A DNA stretch of 27,598 nt, from NCBI GenBank assembly GCA_024626585.2, contig JANKJI020000002.1:204411540-204439137 (forward strand). The letters are read 5' to 3'. This stretch comes from Ginkgo biloba. Taxonomy: Eukaryota > Plantae > Ginkgophyta. Of the stretch, positions 1 to 9,670 are shown piece by piece; within the stretch, counting starts at the first letter, position 1, and the number at the start of each line of letters is the position of its first letter. Both the position numbers and the translations under genes were made by a program. A model generated the notes under the pieces. The model was not told the DNA's origin and made no database searches. It saw nothing but the letters and a program-made list of their open reading frames with translations.

Positions 1-1267
1 CATTGAAAATCTTGCATAAATGTGAGAAGTACATAAGGCATCAAAGGTTGAAATTGCAAGATTTGCATGCATAAATACATGTTGAATTCTAATTTATTAA
101 TCGCTTCTCATGCAACCACATTAATAGTGAGCTCAAACTTGTGCATAGATATTTTTAGGATCTTTTAAGATCAAGAACCATAATATTATTTAAAAAATCA
201 CAGATTGAATAACCACTTGTCAATGGGATAGTTCATGTTGTTTTGGTACTACATTACCAACGAAAATTGATAGGTGCTTCCAATTTTATATTCTAAAACA
301 ATATAAACAATAAGACATGATTAAAGGTTAGATCAAGAATGATTTTAATTGGATACGGACTAGTCCTTTCCCATGTCAAGTAATTGCCATGGGAAATTAG
401 AATTTTTTTTATAGGTTTTGCTGATTTTTTAAAATTGGAAGATGGTGTAAAGGGTGTAAAGTGGAAGGGATTTGATCAACAAACCTCGCTTACAACAGAG
501 CATACAAATTTGTAGTCGACTTGTGCAATTATAAACCCGAGTATATGACCCCTCGAACTTATTTTGCTTCTCCATAATCACTTTGGCCTTCACCCTCATC
601 GCTACCTGCCTACTCTCATACCCTGTGCACCTTTGCCCACAGATTGAACTTTTCTTTATTATCGTGGCCTCTAATCGCAAGAGTAGAATGTAGAGTGATT
701 TTTTTGGGAGCATCCATCAATTCATCTAGATCGACAATCTGACCGACGAACATTCTTGAAAACCTCAACCTTCGACAAACATGCTGAAAAACCTCAAACC
801 CAATTTTTGGTTTGGCAATCTTTTTTCTCTAAGATATTTTCACATATCCAACTTACTTGAGTCACCTATTATCCTCATCGAGATCCATCCACACTGCTTG
901 CATCTAATTGATCCTAATATTGAAGGTAATCTGTTAGGACTCCCAACTCTAGACTTTTCAAGCAGAACTTGCCAATTGTTTAATTTCAAAATAAAGTTGA
1001 GGAAAATTCTAATCCCTTTGGATTTTCTTCAATATTGATCTAACCTAAATGCTAACATACATAATTATGTGCACACTCTTGGATCCTAGGGGTGGAGGGT
1101 GGGTGGGAATGGGAATGAAATGCATCATAAGTAAAGAATTTAACATGGGTTTTGCTATAATCACAACAATGCTCCACAAATTGTATTTGACATAAAAATG
1201 TTGTAAGGATGCCAGAAATATGTACCTATATTCCCATGTCTGAAATCCTGACTTTTGTCACAATCAT

Positions 1268-1395
1268 GGATGAGATTCAATCTTGTGGTGATCATCATGT
1301 GCATCTGAAAAAGCAGGTTTATGTTATTGAGGATGAGATTAAATCTCTTGGCTATCATCATGTGCATCTAAAGAAGTAGGTATTTTTTATTGAGG
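1268..1395 (+). repeat. 63-bp tandem repeat (2 copies)
   Basis: GGATGAGATTCAATCTTGTGGTGATCATCATGTGCATCTGAAAAAGCAGG... at 1268 and GGATGAGATTAAATCTCTTGGCTATCATCATGTGCATCTAAAGAAGTAGG... at 1331. Confidence 0.85.
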
Positions 1396-1581
1396 CTGAT
1401 GATGCCTCATTTCAAATGTTGTAGCTTCATTCCAATTGAACCCTATAATGCACACACTAGCTCATATACACGTATTTATTTNNNNNNNNNNNNNNNNNNN
1501 NNNNNNNNNNNNNNNNNNNNNNNNNNNNNNNNNNNNNNNNNNNNNNNNNNNNNNNNNNNNNNNNNNNNNNNNNNNNNNNNN

Positions 1582-2610
1582 CTGCATCTTCACATAAAAC
1601 AACTTCTCTCTTGCAACATTTATGAACTTGCTCTTGGAAGTACTATTCACATCTTTCTTTTCAACAACAAATTTTTTGGCAACTTTGGCTTTACCTTTAG
1701 CAACATTTTATTTCTCTTTTGGTTGAACCACCAAGGAGACTTTATCATGAACATCTAATGCACCTTCAATCTCCTTGCATTTTATCTTTGTAGATTGAGA
1801 CATAAGCAACTTTCTTCTAGTCTTATTCTTGGAAACAAGCTCAGGATGCAAATTCCAACAATGATCCTTTGTGTGCCTATTCTTATGGCAATGCTCACAC
1901 TAGAGGCTCTTTTGTGTTAAATGAGAAAACTTCTTCTTGTTTAGTGGATTTTTCTCCTTCTTTTCAGAAGTCTTCTTTCCTTTAGTTTTGGAGGTATTGG
2001 TGACTTCAACANNNNNNNNNNTATCCTACCATTTTTCACTTCCACATATATGACCTTCTTGCATGATTCATCAAGAGTCTTGACTTTGAAAATAAAAACT
2101 TCTCTCTTGATGTGGCTATGCAACCCATTGAGGTATTTCATCATGACTTTTTGGTCTACTTGGTTAATGCCCAATTGAATGCATTATCTCTAAAATTTAT
2201 CCATGTACTTCTGGACTCCTTGCCCTTAGTATTATTTTAGGTAGTGCCATCATAAATCTTTCTCCTCTTTATAACCCATAGGGTAGAATTGGTTTTTGAA
2301 AAGAGTCTTAAATTCCTCCTAATCTGCCACTTTTTTTTTCTTAGTAAGGGGCCTCTATTGGCACAAGATCTCCCACCATAATAGTGCATATCCCTCCATC
2401 TTTAGTTAGTAAAAGTATATTTTCTCCTTATTAGAAAAAAACATAATAGGTAAAATACACTTCAAGCTTCCTTAGATAATTATTCAACTTTTTTAGCTCC
2501 ATCTCACCATCATAAGGCTTGATCTCTTATTTCTCTTAAACTTTAAACAGATTCTTTGGAGAATTATAGTCTTCATTGGTAATTCAACATCCTTTTTACT
2601 CCAGGTTTCC
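1582..2610 (-). mobile_element. Decayed Ty3/Gypsy LTR-retrotransposon gag (capsid + CCHC knuckle) running into the protease start
   Basis: Minus-strand fragments: EIKPYDGEMELKKLNNYLRKLEVYF, LKMEGYALLWWE, FKTLFKNQFYPMGY, KYLNGLHSHIKREV, zinc knuckle CEHCHKNRHTKDHCWNLHPEL (~1838-1900), and REKLFYVKMQ just before the gap. Multiple stops and frameshifts. Confidence 0.85.
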
Positions 2611-3899
2611 TCCCTCCATAAAGAACAAACTTACGTTTCAAAAGTAATGTCCTATGATACACACGCGTTCGATTTACATTTGATTTAGTAGTTCTGACAG
2701 CATCCGAAAACGGATTCCCCGTTCCGTATGAGCATAAATACTCATTAAAACATCCACATTATCAACCTAACATGTGTCAGATCTATTTTGTGGAGATTTT
2801 GATTCTCATCAGCTATTTCACAGTAGCATTGCATGCAATAGCATTGTTACAGCGTCTGTCCGAATAGAAACTGGAGAAAAGAAATTACTCATGCGAACCC
2901 ACATCGTTTGTACGGTCATCGGGTTTTGTATGGACTAGTCAAAACTAGTGTTTCATTATACACACATGTAAGTGGTCAACGTTTCCTCGAGTAATTCTGA
3001 CAGGTTCAAAGGACGGATTCCCCATAAGGTTTAACACAGAAAAAAACAATCTAATATGTGTAGTCTGTTTTTGTGCTGAGATTCGAGAACATGGGTTGGT
3101 TGAACTCCCCAGCTGTTTCACGGCAGCATCGTTGTGGGCATTAATGTAATTAGTTGGAAGGTGAGAGATAAATACTTTAATGTCGTAGAAACAATTATGG
3201 CACATGCGCAACTATTAATAAGTTGCAGAGGATAGGAGGTAAGTTTGCGCATACACGCATCCGACGACACCGCTCCCAAGCACTGTGGAATTTGAATTTG
3301 ATTTGTAGAGTTATNNNNNNNNNNNNNNNNNNNNNNNNNNNNNNNNNNNNNNNNNNNNNNNNNNNNNNNNNNNNNNNNNNNNNNNNNNNNNNNNNNNNNN
3401 NNNNNNNNNNNNNNNNNNNNNNNNNNNNNNNNNNNNNNNNNNNNNNNNNNNNNNNNNNNNNNNNNNNNNNNNNNNNNNNNNNNNNNNNNNNNNNNNNNNN
3501 NNNNNNNNNNNNNNNNNNNNNNNNNNNNNNNNNNNNNNNNNNNNNNNNNNNNNNNNNNNNNNNNNNNNNNNNNNNNNNNNNNNNNNNNNNNNNNNNNNNN
3601 NNNNNNNNNNNNNNNNNNNNAATTGCAAGGTGTACGTGGTGTGTTGCCCATGATATTCAGACTCTGAGAATTCAGTAGAGTTTGCATTGGATACAATGAC
3701 TGTTTTTCCTTATTATTTATGTTTCGATAAAATTTGATATGCACGGTACGGTCATGTATCTGAGCGAAGCACGCCTTTTATCTCCATTTTTTAGGATAGC
3801 AGGTAAGGGTTTCCATTAAAAAGTTCACATACTACTGTTATTATCCTCAAGGAATATCCCAAGCTCCCCCTCTGATCTGCAAACTTGATAGCAACCCCC

Positions 3900-4195
3900 A
3901 TGATCATTGTCTGACAATCCCATTTAACTACATTCCATGCGTAGTTCTCTGATTTGCTGGCTGAGGATGGTGTGGCATTAACTTCCCAACTGCCCATTTG
4001 TCTGTGCCAACTGACGATCTCTGTGGATGGCTCAACTATAAATCATGCTTATCGTCATTACGATAGGCAATACAATAGCCAGTGGGAAATTGAAGCGACT
4101 GTGTGTTCCGATATGCATGATGGCTATCGACATTGTGGGGTTTCTTAGGGATAAGAACATTCTGATCATAGGAGCCACTGGCTTCCTTGGTAAAG
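3900..4195 (+). CDS. FAR: FAR pseudo-exon 1 (putative N-terminal extension plus NAD(P)H-binding GATGFLGK)
   Basis: 4126-4195 encodes IDIVGFLRDKNILIIGATGFLGK followed by G|GTATAT (phase 1). The upstream frame from ATG 3900 joins after removing T4125. The 5' limit is uncertain; there is an alternative ATG at 4117. Confidence 0.75.
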
Positions 4196-4335
4196 GTATA
4201 TATCCACTAACTATGGAGGTGATGATCTTTTTCAATCAGTAATTATCTTTATTTATTCAATTTCCTGGATCATGCTTGCCCAATTTCTTAGTATTTGATT
4301 TTATTCATACAAATGTGGGTTCTTTTAAATCTGCA

Positions 4336-4439
4336 TTTTTATGGAGAAAATACTCCGAGTGCAACCCGATGTGGGGCAGATTTTTACTGTGATACGGGCC
4401 AAAAATCTACAATCTGCCCAAGCCAAGCTCCAAACCCAG
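4336..4439 (+). CDS. FAR: FAR pseudo-exon 2
   Basis: (G)TT TTT ATG GAG AAA gives VFMEKILRVQPDVGQIFTVIRAKNLQSAQAKLQTQ, with donor GTAAAG at 4440. The acceptor reads ctgca, lacking the G. Confidence 0.85.
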
Positions 4440-4512
4440 GTAAAGTTTCTTAAGAGATGCCCATTAGAGGATAGTGGCCAAAATTTTTCTTATGTCAAAT
4501 TTTCGTGGACAA

Positions 4513-4712
4513 ATGACCTCTACAGAGTTGTTCAAGCTTCTGCCAGAGCACTATAGGGGCGATTATCAAAGATTCGTGATGCAAAAAATCACCCCTGTTG
4601 TTGGAGATGTGGCACATGAGAATCTACGCATTGAAGTAAGCATCAAAGAACAAATGTGGGCAAAGGTTGATATTGTTGTCAATATTGCAACTACTACAAC
4701 ATTTTATGAGAG
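4513..4712 (+). CDS. FAR: FAR pseudo-exon 3
   Basis: MTSTELFKLLPEHYRGDYQRFVMQKITPVVGDVAHENLRI...VDIVVNIATTTTFYER, with donor GTATGA at 4713. The expected acceptor reads acAA instead of acAG. Confidence 0.85.
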
Positions 4713-4840
4713 GTATGATATGCTATGAGAGAAGATAAGAATAAGAAGCATAAATGTTGAAGGAAATATAAATCAAATCAATTCAAACATAACTTAATGC
4801 TTAACCATGACTCATTTTCTTTGTGTATGTCAAATTGCAG

Positions 4841-4941
4841 GTACGATGTAGCCATGAAAGTGAGCACATTGGGCGCTAAAAACGTTATCGAGTTTTGCAA
4901 AGCATGTTGCAAACTACAAATTATCTACCACATTTCAACGG
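4841..4941 (+). CDS. FAR: FAR pseudo-exon 4
   Basis: ttgcag|G TAC GAT gives YDVAMKVSTLGAKNVIEFCKACCKLQIIYHIST, with donor GTACCT at 4942. Both splice sites are canonical. Confidence 0.88.
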
Positions 4942-5038
4942 GTACCTACATTGCGATAATCCGATTATATCGAGTAACTAATAAGTAACTAACATAACAA
5001 TTTTATTTTTCTATAGTAATCTTGTATGTGAATAACAG

Positions 5039-5139
5039 GTTATGTGAACATTGGAAGAATGGGCATCATTACCGAAGAAGTTATGAAGATGGGAGAGAGA
5101 ATCTCAGATGATTTAATCAACATTATGTTTTTCTGTTAG
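5039..5139 (+). CDS. FAR: FAR pseudo-exon 5 (truncated)
   Basis: aacag|GT TAT GTG AAC gives GYVNIGRMGIITEEVMKMGERISDD, resembling the STAYVNG..G.I.E....G..I segment of MS2-type FARs. Homology is lost at ~5115 and TAG follows at 5137-5139. Confidence 0.78.
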
Positions 5140-6882
5140 TGGGTAGGCTGCACGCAAAGGATCGAGAACGCTCTAAAAATTCATTATATGTTTTCTATTT
5201 AATGTCATTTTTTAAATCTGTACATATTCTCTATTACAGCATCAAGTGCATACAAGTCATTCGAATAGGGTAAGCATAAGTCGATTTGTTCTGGTACGAC
5301 ATCAAGGGTGTTAGTGGGTAGGCGCAGCTGTATTCTGATGCGACATCAAGGGTTGAACGACGCGGGGGCAGCGTGGGAGCGAGTCAAGGAGCAACACCAA
5401 CTCGTTGGCAAGGAGATGATGGGGACGATGGGGAGCAGATGCAATGCAATGCACATGCAATGAACAACAATGCACATGCAATGATGAGACCCTGGTGCAA
5501 AGATGATTGGGTGTTGTTATGTGGAGCTATGGCACTCGCGCTTTTGCACAATTTTCTGACAAAAGCTGATCAGTGGTCGGTGACTCCGTCCATATCCTCC
5601 AAGCAAGCCCCGTAGAATGTGGAAGTTCATAAATTCGTACGTGCCTTTGAACATTGAACAAACTATTGGTAATGATTCATATATAATCTTTTCTATGGAA
5701 AAATCTTGAGCTGTCAACTTCATTCCTTTTTCTAAATTTCTAATACAGGTTTTCTTTTATTATCTAAACATGATATCCAAAATATACCTCCATAGACCTT
5801 CAAAATAATGTGAATTACACTTTAAGTAACCCTTTATCTTTCCCTCTCCTTTATTTTAGTAGGAACAATATAATGACTGCCATAAACTTGAATTTACCTT
5901 AGTTTTCAATCTTAAGGTTTATTTAAATATGATTGAAACCAAGTTTACAAAAAAAACTTATATCTTTAGACAATATTTAGGATTTTATGATCAAGAAAAT
6001 ATTATTGCAAGTTAATCTAATAACTAAATTTAAACTTTTTATAATGTTGGATATTAGTTTTCTACCAATATTCCCTTGAGAAATATTGTTATCACCTATA
6101 GAATCTAATTTAGAATTATTATTCTTTGCCCTAAGATTATTTTGAATTTAAATGATTATTGTAATATATCATTTTATTAATGTTTTAAGAATATGTTGAT
6201 AATATTTTTTCCTAATATGGTTACTATTGAGTTAACCAAATTTAAGTATTGATCTAATTATAGTTAAGAATATGTTCAAATAAGGATGGTTGATATAGCT
6301 CGCTAGCAGACTGAGATGGACTTGCTGCCTGACCCACGACATTAAACACCACTTTTATTTTTTTTTGTATCAATGCTGTTGTGGCAACTCTTGTTGAGCT
6401 TCAATGGGGTCGAGGGGCAAGGCCTTGACTAGTAGAGGTGGACGAGGGACCAGGGAGATCCAAAAGTTATTTAGAAGGAAAAAGTTAAACCTCTAGGGAA
6501 GAAGAATGTGCAGGAAAGCTCTAGAAAAAGAGAGAGACAGATTAGAGGAGCTAAATCTGATATAGTGGTTAGTAATCTATTATGTAGTGATTCTGAAGAG
6601 GAGTTCATTCTATTGGATGAAGACAGTATTGTGTTCTCAGTTGATCATCAAATTTTGGGCTCAAACCCTATGGGATCCAGTTGCCAACAATTATAAAACC
6701 TTGCATTAGTTCTTCCAGTGGGAGAAAATGAAGTTCCTTTTGTTTCCTATAATACTCAGTTACATGCACTCTATTCAGAGGATGTGGATCCCTTGCATGC
6801 AGTTGGACAAAGCTAGTGTACTTCTCTAATGGTCAGTATTACTGCCATGAGTGCTCCCATAATGAATAGCCTAATGCATGCA

Positions 6883-7616
6883 TCTATATNNNNNNNNNNN
6901 NNNNNNNNNNNNNNNNNNNNNNNNNNNNNNNNNNNNNNNNNNNNNNNNNNNNNNNNNNNNNNNNNNNNNNNNNNNNNNNNNNNNNNNNNATTTATGTCCA
7001 ATCGCACTAAATGGAATGGAGTAATAGAATGGGAATGCTAGAATAGAATGAAATAAAATAGGAATGGAAGAATGAAATGTGTTGAACATAATGGAATGTG
7101 AATGTGAATGGGAACAAGAATGATAATAATAGAACTAAAAACATTATGTTTGACGGATTGAACAAAACAGAATGGGAACAAGAATAGTAGAACTAAAAAC
7201 ACTATGTTTGATCCATCAAACAAAACAAAAGGGAATGGTAACTGAAGAGTAGAATAAGAACATAATGGTAATGGTAAAGGAAGAACAAAATAAAAATAAA
7301 ACAACAACAACAACAACAACATAAAAGGAATAGAAGAATATAATGGAAGTGAAATAATGGAAGGGAAGATGGAAATTGGATGGAAATGAAACAGGAATGA
7401 AAGATAAAAATGGAAAGACTGATCGAATAGAATGGAAGATGAAAACATGAGGGGAATAAAAAATGTAAATGAGATAAAATCATAACACAAAAATGAAATG
7501 ATTGGCCAAATGTGACAGAAGATAGGAATGAGACAAGAGCAAAAGATGAAAATAAAATAGAACAAAAGATAGAAATGATATGGGAATAAAAAATGAAAAT
7601 GAGAAAGGAATAGAAA
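6883..7616 (+). mobile_element. Putative non-autonomous Helitron-like element, 5' part with purine-rich (GAATG/GAATA) degenerate array
   Basis: A|TCTATAT at 6882-6889 just before a gap, then TGTCCAATCGCACTAAATGGAA and ~600 bp of A/G-rich short-unit repeat. Same layout as 15009-15481. The 3' end is not seen. Confidence 0.5.
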
Positions 7617-9145
7617 NNNNNNNNNNNNNNNNNNNNNNNNNNNNNNNNNNNNNNNNNNNNNNNNNNNNNNNNNNNNNNNNNNNNNNNNNNNNAAACTCTA
7701 AAATACTTATCCAATTGATTATTTTATAGGACAGTGGTATGAGTTCACTGGGTAGAATTATTTTATACAAATCACAATTTACCTTTGCATCTTGACCAAC
7801 CTAATAGACTCAAGAAATTAAAAAATTAATAGAGTATAAGGATGGGTAAAATCTTAGTTCAACGGCCTTTTAATAAGAGAAAAATAATTGAAATAATAGT
7901 TGGAGATGGACTAGATTGTATCGTTACATCATTAATGTGCATACATTAAAAATAAATTTAAGACAATGACAACAATTCTTAATAAATACAAAAATATAAG
8001 GCTTGAGATCCTAGACAAGAGTTAAAGAAAGAATGTACATACATTATACTTTTGAAACTTACTTTTACTAGAATTACAAATAAATTATTTTTGTAAATGA
8101 TTTTAGAATACAAATATACCTTTTTTTTCTAATGATATATTTGTATATGTCTATTGTTCCTTCTTATAAGTAGGGGCATTGAATTCCTATATTATGAGTG
8201 GCATATCTTAATGGAATATCATTAAATATAACCTATCTCTAATCTCATTCTTGATCTTACACCTATATTTGTGTAGAAAGAGGGAAGGTACACATCACAA
8301 TATGTGTATTCTTATGGGTCTTATCATAGTTAAGTATCAAACTAACTATCTATGTTTGTTTTCTTATATAAGTTGACCATAGTGAAGTATTATACCAATT
8401 ACTAATCAAATCATAATTTAAGTCAAGTAAGGGTTAGTTGGATAGATGCATACTACTTTATATACTCATGTATATATAANNNNNNNNNNNNNNNNNNNNC
8501 ATTTAAGCATTAAAAATATTATAGTTATGTATTAATATAACTTCAGTTAATTGTGGGCTTTGTGGATGGATATTTATCTTTTTCATACATACAATATAAA
8601 TATTTTGATATTTTTCATGAATATTATAATAATTTTTATTAATATTTTTTTTCAGCCAAAAAAAGGGGGCAATTATTCCTCGAGATATATTTTTATATTA
8701 TATAACNNNNNNNNNNNNNNNNNNNNNNNNNNNNNNNNNNNNNNNNNNNNNNNNNNNNNNNNNNNNNNNNNNNNNNNNNNNNNNNNNNNNNNNNNNNNNN
8801 NNNNNNGTTGAACAAGATTATAATCTATTAATTATTATTCTATTTTCCCTTATATAGCTATTTGTTCTGAATACTATGCTAGTACACTCATTCCTTGTAT
8901 TATACAAATAATAATTGAATAATTATTATTTTTTTAAGACCATTTCAATTCATCATTATTCTCTCATGCATAATTCCTTTATTGAAATCAAAATTCTAAC
9001 TCTCCATATATGTTTTAGTGGTTTCTTTTGGTATCTAGGTTGTGGGATAAATTTGTTTATCAAATTGAATCTTTGGTCAAATATCCATATTTTCCTTAGA
9101 CAATATTTCCATTATCCTTTCTAGTAAAATTGTACATGCGTGATG

Positions 9146-9670
9146 ATGGATAAGATTCTCAATTTTTTTTATTGGTAGGTATATATGTCCATGTATAAAA
9201 TTACATATAGAGTAAGATACTTTGATTCTATTTATGTTTGAAAATTAAACTCATGTCTTGAATAGACCTTGCATTCAAATAAAAGTAGGATGCAGTGGTA
9301 TATTGAACACTACATAGTGATGTTTTGGAGTTTTAGACATTGGGGTAGAGATAATGAGTAATTAGAGGAATATTTAGTCTTAAATAATTCATGTACCCAT
9401 AAAAGGAGTTAGATGATAATAAGTATCACTTACAACTATGAAAGTTTAATAGTTGTGTACTAGGATTTGGTAAACTACTTTAAAAGTTCTTTAGATAAAA
9501 AATGGAGCTTTTTAAAAATCCAAGGGACTAGAATATTCCATGGATTTTAATAAGAATCATAACATAGAATAAACTAGGATTAGCTATAGAATTATGTAAT
9601 TGATCTTCATGTCTGGAAATGGAGTTTAATAAATGTTAAAAAATCTCCAACGGCATATAGAATAGCTACT
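9146..9670 (+). mobile_element. Possible highly decayed L1 LINE endonuclease region
   Basis: Ordered faint traces resembling QETK (gaaaattaaactc), G.SGGIL (ggatgcagtggtatattg), NVYAP (ataattcatgtaccc) and GDFN (atggattttaat). No continuous frame. Confidence 0.3.

Larger units (their letters stand above)
3900..5139 (+). pseudogene. FAR: Fatty acyl-CoA reductase (alcohol-forming, Male sterility 2/FAR2-like) pseudogene, 5 exons, 3'-truncated
   Basis: Spliced remnant reads ...HDG/IDIVGFLRDKNILIIGATGFLGK|VFMEKILRVQPDVGQIFTVIRAK...LQTQ|MTSTELFKLL...PVVGDVAHENL...VDIVVNIATTTTFYER|YDVAMKVSTLGAKNVIEFCKACCKLQIIYHIST|GYVNIGRMGIITEEVMKMGERISDD. It has the Rossmann GATGFLG motif and plant FAR intron positions (GT donors at 4196, 4440, 4713, 4942). 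Lesions: TGA 3912, TAG 3942, +1 at 4125, no acceptor AG at 4335 or 4512, stop at 5137. No YxxxK or C-terminal exons were found downstream. Confidence 0.9.

Noticed and set aside
429-1038. ORFs 429-713 and 781-1038
   Set aside because: No recognisable motifs or splice structure; likely chance ORFs in repeat DNA.
3118-3744. 208-aa and other long ORFs spanning N runs
   Set aside because: Their length comes from assembly gaps, not sequence.
7038-7770. Long Phe/Leu/Ile-rich minus-strand ORFs (also 15006-15561) that look like membrane proteins
   Set aside because: Artefacts of the stop-poor complement of the purine-rich arrays; open in several frames at once.
8850-8885. AT-rich stem next to CTAGT as the 3' end of the 6883 element
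   Set aside because: The stem is AT-only, abuts the CTAG, and is separated from the array by three gaps.
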